DNA of 54,916 nt from Flavobacteriales bacterium (GTDB lineage: Bacteria; Bacteroidota; Bacteroidia; Palsa-965), in contig JBEIPA010000034.1 of assembly GCA_040377305.1 (NCBI GenBank), forward strand, positions 1 through 54,916. Direction: 5' to 3'. Positions 10,138 through 18,497 of this stretch are shown in pieces. Every line of letters begins with the position of its first letter. Position 1 is the first letter of the stretch. Under the pieces are notes generated by a model. It saw only the letters and a program-made list of their open reading frames with translations, was not told the DNA's origin and did not search any database. The translations under genes and the position numbers were made by a program.

Positions 10138-12282
10138 ATGAAAAAACTCTACACAGCAATTCGTGCAAAGATTGTGCTCGCTTGTCTCGGCATTTTCTTG
10201 TCAACCTCTTCATTTGCGCAGACCGATGTCCTCGTTTGTGGCGCATGTTCACCTCAATCGTGGCTCGATGATGTAGTCAACAAACTCATTGCTACAGGCA
10301 GTTTCAACAGTGTAACCGGCTACAACATTTACCTCACAGGCACACCTACGCTTGCCCAGTTGCAAGCTTATGATGCTGTCATGGTTTTCACGGATTACCA
10401 GGCTGCAGATCCTACAACTTTCGGTGACAACCTCGCGATGTACATCGATGGTGGTGGTGGTGTAGTAAACAGCACGTTCGCCAATGCCAGCGTACTTCTT
10501 GGCGGGAATTTCAATACTGCAACCTATCAGGTTTCCATTCCTGCATTCGGACAATTCGGAAGCCCGCAGTTAACGCTCGGCTCTATCCTTGATCCTTGCA
10601 GTCCGATCATGGACAACGTTACAACCTTTAATGGCGGATCAAGTTCTTACCGTTCGAACGCAACAACATTCGTCCCGGGCTCAGTAACAGTTTCAAACTG
10701 GAGTAACGGAGAATGGCTCGTTGCAACACGCACAAACGTTGGACCATTAAACGCACGTCGTTGCGACCTTAACTTCTACCCTCCTTCAAGCGATGTGCGT
10801 AGCGACTTCTGGCAATCGTCAACAAACGGTGCAACACTGATGGCCAATGCACTTCTGTGGGTAGCAGGTGTAACCAATAGCGCTTCAACTCCTACTCCGC
10901 CCGCTTCTGTAACCGGTGCACCAGTTTTCTGTGCAGGTTCTGTTTCTTCATTCACGGCTGCAGCTGTGGTGGGAGCTACATCTTACACATGGACAGTTCC
11001 AGTTGGAATGACAATCACAAGCGGACAGGGTACAATCACAATCAATGTAAACTCAACTGCGCAGACGGGAACCGTATCAGTTACAGCGAACAATTCCTGT
11101 GGTTCAAGCACTCCTACCACTTATTCATTTAGTGTGAATCCTCAGCCAACTGTTGGATCTACAGCAGCACCATCGATGGCAATATGTAACGGCTCTCCAA
11201 TTACACTGAACGGTACGGGTGCAGTTTCCTACACATGGTCGGGTGGTATTTTTGATGGTGTTGCTTTTACACCACCATCCAGCACGTCTTATATTGTGAC
11301 CGGTACTGATGCAAACGGATGTACGAATACTGCAACAGCAAACGTTACTGTGAACCCACTTCCAAACGTTGGCGCAACTACAACAGCTACTAGCATTTGT
11401 GCAGGTGGTTCAGTTACGCTGAATGGAACCGGGGCTACTTCTTACACCTGGAGCCACAGTGTGATAGACAATACACCATTCAATCCAACGGTAACAACTA
11501 CTTACACCGTAACTGGTACAGATGCAAATGGATGCACAGATCAGGGAGTGGTTACAGTGAACGTATTTAATTCACTCAACGTAGGTAGCAACCCGCCATC
11601 TGCAAGTGTTTGTAACGGCGGTACCGTTACACTCTCAGGAACAGGTGCATCTTCTTACAGCTGGTCACCTGCAATTACCAATGGTCAACCTTTCACTCCA
11701 ACAGTAAGCGGCACGTACACAGTTACAGGTACTGCTTCAAACGGATGTTTTGACACGGCTACTGTTCTGGTCACTGTTGATTCATTCCCAACTGTTACGG
11801 CTACGGCTCCAGTTACAATTGCATGTCTTAACGATGCGTCGTTTACTATCACAGGTAATCCTGCTGGTGGATTGTGGACTGGTCCTGGCGTTGCAAGCAG
11901 TACGTTCAATCCTGCAGGTGCTGGAATTGGCTCGCACATGTTGATTTACGGTTACATGAATGCTGCAGGATGTGCGGCTCAGGATACAATTTTCATGACT
12001 GTTGATCTCTGCCTTGGAATTACAGACAACACGTCAAATAATTACAACGTTTATCCTAACCCGAACAACGGAACATTCACACTTGCTATCAACAGCAATC
12101 CAGGTGATGTAGTAATCGAAATGGTTGATCTAACAGGACGTGTTGTTTACTCAGCTAATGAGAACAACGTTCAGTCAGGATTCACTACACAGATTGTTAC
12201 AGAAAACCTTGCTGCCGGAGCTTATATGCTACGTGTTACTTCTGCAAATGATCAGCAGGTAATCCGTATCAACGTACAGTAA
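10138..12282 (+). CDS. T9SS type-A cargo protein with Ig-like/PKD repeats (paralog 2)
   Basis: Collinear with 7425-9779 but one Ig repeat shorter; VYPNPNNG C-terminal domain. Confidence 0.88.
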   Translation: MKKLYTAIRAKIVLACLGIFLSTSSFAQTDVLVCGACSPQSWLDDVVNKLIATGSFNSVTGYNIYLTGTPTLAQLQAYDAVMVFTDYQAADPTTFGDNLAMYIDGGGGVVNSTFANASVLLGGNFNTATYQVSIPAFGQFGSPQLTLGSILDPCSPIMDNVTTFNGGSSSYRSNATTFVPGSVTVSNWSNGEWLVATRTNVGPLNARRCDLNFYPPSSDVRSDFWQSSTNGATLMANALLWVAGVTNSASTPTPPASVTGAPVFCAGSVSSFTAAAVVGATSYTWTVPVGMTITSGQGTITINVNSTAQTGTVSVTANNSCGSSTPTTYSFSVNPQPTVGSTAAPSMAICNGSPITLNGTGAVSYTWSGGIFDGVAFTPPSSTSYIVTGTDANGCTNTATANVTVNPLPNVGATTTATSICAGGSVTLNGTGATSYTWSHSVIDNTPFNPTVTTTYTVTGTDANGCTDQGVVTVNVFNSLNVGSNPPSASVCNGGTVTLSGTGASSYSWSPAITNGQPFTPTVSGTYTVTGTASNGCFDTATVLVTVDSFPTVTATAPVTIACLNDASFTITGNPAGGLWTGPGVASSTFNPAGAGIGSHMLIYGYMNAAGCAAQDTIFMTVDLCLGITDNTSNNYNVYPNPNNGTFTLAINSNPGDVVIEMVDLTGRVVYSANENNVQSGFTTQIVTENLAAGAYMLRVTSANDQQVIRINVQ

Positions 12283-12312
12283 GTAGTCAGGAAGTTTTTA
12301 AGTCATTAAGTC

Positions 12313-12345
12313 AAAAGCCGATCCTTAGTGGGTCGGCTTTTGTTT
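12313..12345 (+). terminator. Intrinsic terminator
   Basis: aaaagccgatcc-ttagt-gggtcggcttttgtttt. Confidence 0.78.
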
Positions 12346-12526
12346 TGGCGATCCTTGTAAGATCAACTCAGTGTTGCGCTTGCGGTTCTATGCCACACAT
12401 TCACAGATTTCTCAGATTGCGCAAATTATTTTTTATAGTATAACCCATCTTAGGTAAACTCAGAAATCGGTGTAATCTGAGCATCTACATCAAAAGAAAA
12501 ACGTTTCTATTGGGTAACTTCGTACT

Positions 12527-13966
12527 GTGAACCTTCCTCCTTCACATCTCGAGTCTCTCAAGCAATCGCTCGGCGAAGAGTTTGATGCGTTTGCGAAAGC
12601 GTATGAGACGACCGGGCCTACATCGATTCGCATCAACACACTAAAATGGACAGGTGAACAACCAACTGATCAGATCAGGTGGAACAATACAGGTTACTAC
12701 CTCGCAGAACGCCCTTCCTTCACCCACGATCCGCTTTTTCACGGAGGATTGTATTACGTGCAGGAAGCGAGCTCTCAGTTTTTATCACATGTGGCGAAAA
12801 CTGTTTTCCCCAAAGATGTTCCACTAAAAGTTCTTGACTTGTGTGCAGCTCCGGGAGGAAAGTCAACCTTGTTGTTGAGTGAATTGAATGACGATTCACT
12901 TTTGGTGAGCAACGAAGTCATTCGAACTCGATCACACATTCTCGCAGAAAATATTGCGAAGTGGGGAAAACCAAACGTTGTTGTTTCGAATAACGATCCC
13001 GAACAATTCGAAAAACTGAAAGGCTTCTTCGATGTGATTGTTGTCGACGCTCCGTGTTCGGGCGAAGGACTATTTCGTCGCGATCCTGAACTGACCAGTG
13101 AATGGAGCGAAAGCAACGTGGACTTGTGTTCCGCGCGACAGAAACGAATTGTGATGGACATCTGGCCGTCTTTGAAAGAAGGTGGACTGCTTGTGTACTC
13201 GACGTGTACGTTTAACACGAAGGAGAATGAGGAGAATTTGCAGTGGCTATCGACGCAGATTGGATTTGAGTCGGTGAAGCTGGATGTGCCGGAGGAATGG
13301 AATATTGTGGAAACGTCATCCTCCGCATTGTCAACCTTCGACTACGCTCAGTCTGACAAAGATCGCGGCGCAAGTGACGTTGTCAGACTGAGCGTAGCCG
13401 AAGTAGACAACGGGACAGAGTCTTTGTTTGGCTACCGATTCTATCCTCACCGCGTCAAAGGCGAAGGCTTCTTCATTTCCGTCTTACGAAAAACCGAACC
13501 GCAAACTTCTTCTTCCCACAAAGAAAAAACGCTCTTCCCACCTGCTCCATCGAAAGAGAAGAATGAAGTTGCTCCGTGGCTGAAGAATGCAGAGCAATTC
13601 GATTTCGTTCGTCGTGGCGATCACGTGCTGGCGATTCAAAAACAACATACAGATATCGTGCATCGTTTATCGCGCACATTAAACTGTGTGCAGTATGGAA
13701 TTCCGGTTGCAGATGCCGGCAAAGGAATGAAACCGCTGCACGAACTGGCATTGAGTGTACATTTAAATAAAGATGCGTTTCATCAGACCGCGCTCACGAA
13801 AGAAGAAGCTCTGAAATTTCTTGCCAAAGAAGATTTCAAAGTGAACGATACGCACAAAGGAATTTCGTTGATGACGTTTGAAGGTGTGCCGCTTGGATGG
13901 ATGAATTTACTCGGCAATCGGGCAAACAATCTCTATCCAAAAGAATGGAGGATTCGTAGATTGTAA
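12527..13966 (+). CDS. RsmB/NOP2-family (RsmF-like) RNA m5C methyltransferase carrying an in-frame palindrome insertion
   Basis: YYVQEASS, VLDLCAAPGGKST, VDAPCSGEG, YSTCT, GEGFF, C-terminal NNLYPKEWRIR. Confidence 0.92.
   Translation: MNLPPSHLESLKQSLGEEFDAFAKAYETTGPTSIRINTLKWTGEQPTDQIRWNNTGYYLAERPSFTHDPLFHGGLYYVQEASSQFLSHVAKTVFPKDVPLKVLDLCAAPGGKSTLLLSELNDDSLLVSNEVIRTRSHILAENIAKWGKPNVVVSNNDPEQFEKLKGFFDVIVVDAPCSGEGLFRRDPELTSEWSESNVDLCSARQKRIVMDIWPSLKEGGLLVYSTCTFNTKENEENLQWLSTQIGFESVKLDVPEEWNIVETSSSALSTFDYAQSDKDRGASDVVRLSVAEVDNGTESLFGYRFYPHRVKGEGFFISVLRKTEPQTSSSHKEKTLFPPAPSKEKNEVAPWLKNAEQFDFVRRGDHVLAIQKQHTDIVHRLSRTLNCVQYGIPVADAGKGMKPLHELALSVHLNKDAFHQTALTKEEALKFLAKEDFKVNDTHKGISLMTFEGVPLGWMNLLGNRANNLYPKEWRIRRL
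13328..13410. mobile_element. Intragenic REPIN-like inverted repeat (about 31-bp arms, 20-nt spacer)
   Basis: ttgtcaaccttcgactacgctcagtctgacaa ... ttgtcagactgagcgtagccgaagtagacaa; same family as 2251, 13967, 18475 and 23180. Confidence 0.8.
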
Positions 13967-14026
13967 CCTTGTCAGACCGAGCACTTCGACTGCGCTCAGT
14001 ATGAACTTCGTCGAGGGCTGGCAAGG
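13967..14026. repeat. Nested REP-like element
   Basis: ttgtcagaccgagc[acttcgactgcgctcagtatgaac]ttcgtcgagggc. Confidence 0.75.
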
Positions 14027-14170
14027 CGAATAATCTGTATCCGAAAGAGTGGCAGATCCGGAGGCTGTAAAAGCAATCCGAGCGATTTTCGGGGCGTTTT
14101 TAGTTCCTTATTTTACGTCTGGAGATATTAATAATCAGACGTTTAACAAATTACTCAATGTATTGAGTAA

Positions 14171-14419
14171 TTTGTTAATGCATCACCATAACGTGATTTC
14201 AACGTTTCCTATTGGAGAAACCGCAACGAAGAAATTGATTTTGTGATCGAAAAACGAGGCACAGTTATCGGTCTTGAAATTAAAAGCGCTAATACCCAAC
14301 GTGCTTCCGGCATGAGTGCATTCGCGAGACAGATGAAGCCCGATAAAATTCTGATGGTTGGCAAAAGCGGAATGCCGTGGAAGGAGTTTTTGAAAGTGAA
14401 TCCGGTGGAGTTGTTTTGA
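14171..14419 (+). pseudogene. 3' remnant of an AAA+ ATPase (DUF4143-type C-terminal domain)
   Basis: Not in the ORF track. Translates as FVNASP*RDFNVSYWRNRNEEIDFVIEKRGTVIGLEIKS...MPWKEFLKVNPVELF*; the YWR..E.DF...EIKS signature is present, with no N-terminal part. Confidence 0.7.
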
Positions 14420-14464
14420 GTGGTCGAATAATTTGATTCGTAAGTACTGGAGAATTCGAAGCCT

Positions 14465-17149
14465 TTAAGGATTTCCACAAGTCGCATCGACCTTCGCCTG
14501 AGTAGCAGAGATTGCATTTTTCTCAGCTGCATCTGCATTGGCTTTAGATCTTGCATTCGCGTCATCAGCTGTCTTTCGCATAGAATCGGCGGCGGCTTTC
14601 TTCGCAGCTTTCTCTAAGGGATTCTTATAGCTCTTCTCTACTCTATCCGCTTCAGCGTAAGCAGCTGTTTTTGCATCGTCCGCAGTCTTGTATGCTGCAG
14701 CTTTCAGAATGCCTGCATTTGTTTTCGCAGCGGCCAACTGTTTTCTGGCTTCATCGCATCCCACATCGCTAACTACGACCTTTGTGGCTGTATCACTACT
14801 ATTTGCGGGCTTCACATCCTGAAAGGCGCCATAGAACGGGAAAATAACTTCCATGATTTGTCTGTCGATCTCTGCCTGTTGTTTCGCTTTCTCCTGTCTT
14901 ACCTCATAAGCACGAGTCTCCTTCATATAATTCACTTCCGTATCGAATTCCGATCCGACTTTTCCAGCGAACAATCCATTCAATGAATTTCTCAACGACG
15001 ATTCATCAGTTGCAATCAAAGTCACATTCACAGACCCAGGTGTTACCGTTGGTGTTGTCGACGAAAACCAAGTCCCATCTTTTTCTGCCATCACCACCAA
15101 ACTGTAATCAAGAAGTTCATTCAGTTTTTCGGAATACGCTCCATTTACTTCATTAACTCGCATAAAACAAGGCAAGCTATCAGTTACGAGATAAACCATG
15201 ACTTGATTGTAAGTTGCTGCATCCGGAATGTTGATTTGCAGTTCTTCATACCTGATCACCGCTGTCCTTCCGGTAGTCGGATCTGTGTAATCTAAAGTTG
15301 TGCGGTTAACAGTCGACTCCCATACAAATGCATCGACATTTTTCCAGCCGGTGGTTTCTACCTGAAGACCATACGATTCTCCACCTCCTCCACCTTGGTA
15401 TTCAACTTTTGCAGTACGGGAGATCCCTAGTTGTTCATAAGCTTCACGAATATTGATTTCATACTCGGCACGTAGGTTTTCACCGTACTGATCAATCTTA
15501 TCTATCTCCCGTTCATATTGACCGGCGAAATAAATACTATCCTGCTTTCTCTGTTCATCTGTTCTACCGTTATATGTTCTCTCACTTGCAGTTCGAGCCG
15601 CTTCTTGTTTCTTCTGGTAATATTCCTGAAGCTCTTTCATGTGCGATTGAGAAACAGCAACGCCTCCATCATGACGAGCATAAAACCCCCGAAACTGTTC
15701 TCCTCCAGCCATGTTCATAGCCATGCTGTCGATCTGGTACAACTTCTTATCCAGATTGTTTACATACAAGTCGAGCATTCCGGGATTTCCGAGTGAGAAA
15801 ATTACCTGAAGGCGTTCTTCAAATTCTTTTGTGGCGATCAATGTGTTTTGAAATTCTGCTGTGTGAATTGCTGCGATTCTTGCTGGATCAATTTCCATTC
15901 CGTATGGTTTTCCTCCGTGATCAGCGTAAGCAAGAATGGCATCTATTTCTGCATTGGTGAGTCTTGGAAACGCAGTCATTACACTTTTGTTCTGTTGATA
16001 TAGTTTGTTAGCGTAAGGTTCCCCTGATTTAACCACAGCAGATGGATTGTGTACATAATCATACTTCCAATCTCCACCTGGTATTCTGCTCAACACCCCT
16101 TTAAGACCTGAACCGGTGCTTCGTTGTTCCGTTGTTGTATGACACGAAGCACAATTTGCATTGAACAGCTTTTCGCCATCCACACTGATTTCATTTGAAT
16201 AGAATACTTGTGATCTTAATGTATCCATTTCAGAATAAATTTCCTCCATAGGTTGCAGGAACTGTTGCTGTCTCCCCGCATACGAATAATAAATACTATC
16301 CGTCACCGTACTGTCGTTCGCATCAAAACCCAGCTCCGCAACTTTCTCCAGAAAACCATCCGGATAAAAATTCAGCGAGAAAATATCCACCGGAATCAAT
16401 TGCTTCTCCATGGGTTTTGGATTCACCCAGTTGATGCCGCCATCTGCGGTGCGTTCTCCTTCGAAGAGCTGCATGCCGGGACGGATTTCATTCGTTGGTA
16501 CGTTCGCGTATACCGGCTTATCCGGATTGATCTTCAGAGATGCTTCCCCGTTGCGCGCGTTCAGATAAAACATTCCACCCGTTTCGAGTAATTCACCGTT
16601 GCTGGTTGTTGAAAGTCCGGCTTTCATGATGTCCATTGGTGTGAGTGCTTCACGGATTTCGAGTGTGAACTGATCTCCGGCGTTGAGGAATGCACCTGCA
16701 GGAATCGCGAAAACAATTCCACCCATCGTTTCAATTACGGTGTCTTTCGCCGGATTGATCTCGAACAGTTGAGTCGGCAGATTACGATCTGCATCTGCCC
16801 AATTAGTTCCACCTTCTTCGTTGGTAGCAGGAAGTTCGTATGTAATTTCCGCTCCGTCGGTTGTTGTCGAAGTTGTTGTCGCGAGATAAGCAGAAGTTGC
16901 GATCGCAGCAACCGCTAAAGTCGCAATGCCCCACTTGTATAACTTATTTTTCAGCGTAATCTTCTTGAATGTCTGCGCAGTTGCCGCTTTCATTCCGATG
17001 CGCTCAATTCCCGCTCGGAGGTTGCGTTGCGTGTTCACCTGGTCGAGCAAAGAAGCATCGCTGTTCATCTTCGCCTCAAACGAAGCTGAATCTTCTGCAT
17101 TCATTGTACCGTCGAGGTACGCGTCTATCTGATCGATGAGATTGTTCAT
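14465..17149 (-). CDS. Putative single-pass anti-sigma factor with a periplasmic c-type cytochrome domain
   Basis: N-terminal IDAYLDGTM...FEAKM anti-sigma-like segment, one hydrophobic helix, CASCH at 16139-16153 with a likely distal Met (VMTAFP); overlaps the sigma gene (ATGA). Confidence 0.75.
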   Translation of the reverse strand: MNNLIDQIDAYLDGTMNAEDSASFEAKMNSDASLLDQVNTQRNLRAGIERIGMKAATAQTFKKITLKNKLYKWGIATLAVAAIATSAYLATTTSTTTDGAEITYELPATNEEGGTNWADADRNLPTQLFEINPAKDTVIETMGGIVFAIPAGAFLNAGDQFTLEIREALTPMDIMKAGLSTTSNGELLETGGMFYLNARNGEASLKINPDKPVYANVPTNEIRPGMQLFEGERTADGGINWVNPKPMEKQLIPVDIFSLNFYPDGFLEKVAELGFDANDSTVTDSIYYSYAGRQQQFLQPMEEIYSEMDTLRSQVFYSNEISVDGEKLFNANCASCHTTTEQRSTGSGLKGVLSRIPGGDWKYDYVHNPSAVVKSGEPYANKLYQQNKSVMTAFPRLTNAEIDAILAYADHGGKPYGMEIDPARIAAIHTAEFQNTLIATKEFEERLQVIFSLGNPGMLDLYVNNLDKKLYQIDSMAMNMAGGEQFRGFYARHDGGVAVSQSHMKELQEYYQKKQEAARTASERTYNGRTDEQRKQDSIYFAGQYEREIDKIDQYGENLRAEYEINIREAYEQLGISRTAKVEYQGGGGGESYGLQVETTGWKNVDAFVWESTVNRTTLDYTDPTTGRTAVIRYEELQINIPDAATYNQVMVYLVTDSLPCFMRVNEVNGAYSEKLNELLDYSLVVMAEKDGTWFSSTTPTVTPGSVNVTLIATDESSLRNSLNGLFAGKVGSEFDTEVNYMKETRAYEVRQEKAKQQAEIDRQIMEVIFPFYGAFQDVKPANSSDTATKVVVSDVGCDEARKQLAAAKTNAGILKAAAYKTADDAKTAAYAEADRVEKSYKNPLEKAAKKAAADSMRKTADDANARSKANADAAEKNAISATQAKVDATCGNP

Positions 17150-17697
17150 GCTTCGTTCTGTTTTAGCGTTAAATAATATTCACGCGCTTTTTCGAGACAG
17201 CGGTACTTCTGGTTTTTCGCAACGCGTTCATTGGCTAAACCAATACGCGTGGCAATCACTTTAAAATCCAGCTTCTCGAAATAAAACAGTCGCAACAGAT
17301 CACGGCACTTCTCTCCTACTTTCAGCAAAGCTTCTTCCGCCGTTTTAAATTTCGATTCTTCCTCAATGAAAGAAGAATACGTTTCAATATGTGCGGAATC
17401 GATTTCACGTTCAAAATCGCCAACGGATATTTTTCGCTTGCGTAACTCACCCAACCACTGAAAGCGACAAATGCCGATCAGGAATGTAGAAAGTGAACTC
17501 GTGAGTTTGAAATCCGGTTCTTTGATTTTGCGGAAAAGGATGATGAGCGCTTCCTGGTAAATATCTTCAGCATCCTGTTTGCTTCCACTGTTCTTCATTA
17601 CCAAACCGCGAACGGTTGAATAATGTTTGTACAGTGCTTTGATTGCTGAAGTGTATTGCCCGGCTTTCAGTTCCTGTATGATCTGCTCGTCTGTCAT
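17146..17697 (-). CDS. ECF-type RNA polymerase sigma-70 factor
   Basis: DAEDIYQEA region 2, LSTFLIGICRFQW, region 4 CRDLLRLFYF...IA...KNQKYRCL. Confidence 0.92.
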   Translation of the reverse strand: MTDEQIIQELKAGQYTSAIKALYKHYSTVRGLVMKNSGSKQDAEDIYQEALIILFRKIKEPDFKLTSSLSTFLIGICRFQWLGELRKRKISVGDFEREIDSAHIETYSSFIEEESKFKTAEEALLKVGEKCRDLLRLFYFEKLDFKVIATRIGLANERVAKNQKYRCLEKAREYYLTLKQNEA

Positions 17698-17887
17698 ACG
17701 CTTGTTTAATATGAATGCCGGGAAAGCAGAAAGGTCATCATCGGAAAGTGAAAATAACAGAAATTGAGCAGAAATAGCTGAAATACAGCCTAATTATGAT
17801 GAGATGATCTGACGATAGAATGATGGGATGGCAAAAAATGTGAAGAGGTGCGTATCATCATAACATTCCGCATAAATTGCAAACCAC

Positions 17888-18430
17888 ATGATTTGCAAAT
17901 CTGCATTCTCCATTCTAATCTGCCTGATCTGTTTTAGTCCGATGATCAGTCAGACCAATAATCAAACGATTTACTTCTACAATGAAGATTCAGTAGTACT
18001 GTCCTTACCCGACTTCAGACTCAAGAATGACAGCGTGAAGAATTACATCCTTCGTGCAGATTCAGCACTCGTAGCAATGCGTAAGGTCTATTCTAAAGAA
18101 AAGCACTTTCAGGATTCAATTCACCTTGCTTATGGTGGTTGCCCAACCATTCGCTGTCACCATATTACTGATTCAGCAGAAAGTGAACAACAATACAGAG
18201 CACTGGTCCAGGAAGAAGCCCGTCTCATTGATTCAATCCTGACTGAAAACATCCGCGATACGATCAATGTGTATGCTTCACAATTTGCGCGATCAAAAAA
18301 GTACAAGCGGGTGATAGAAGAGAAACAGATGATCACACTTCCTCTTGAAGGTGCGGAACATGAAACGATGGACGTTACACGGGAATTAATCGCTTACATG
18401 AACCAGAAACGAAAGACGCAACCTCGTTAG
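17888..18430 (+). CDS. Secreted protein, possibly OmpH/Skp-like
   Basis: Signal peptide; IYFYNEDSVVLSLPDF start and DVTRELIAYM end resemble Skp. Confidence 0.5.
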   Translation: MICKSAFSILICLICFSPMISQTNNQTIYFYNEDSVVLSLPDFRLKNDSVKNYILRADSALVAMRKVYSKEKHFQDSIHLAYGGCPTIRCHHITDSAESEQQYRALVQEEARLIDSILTENIRDTINVYASQFARSKKYKRVIEEKQMITLPLEGAEHETMDVTRELIAYMNQKRKTQPR

Positions 18431-18497
18431 CAGATTATCAAATTAGCAGATTATCAAATTAGCAGATTATCACACCTGTGCTGAGCCGGCCGGAAGG
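18427..18497. repeat. 16-bp tandem repeat x3 followed by a degenerate REP unit
   Basis: (ttagcagattatcaaa) x about 3 at 18427-18472; cctgtgctgagccggccggaagg at 18475-18497. Confidence 0.8.

Noticed and set aside
13328-13411. Intein or intron in the methyltransferase
   Set aside because: Only 28 codons, with no intein splicing blocks or group I/II features; fully explained by the palindromic repeat family.
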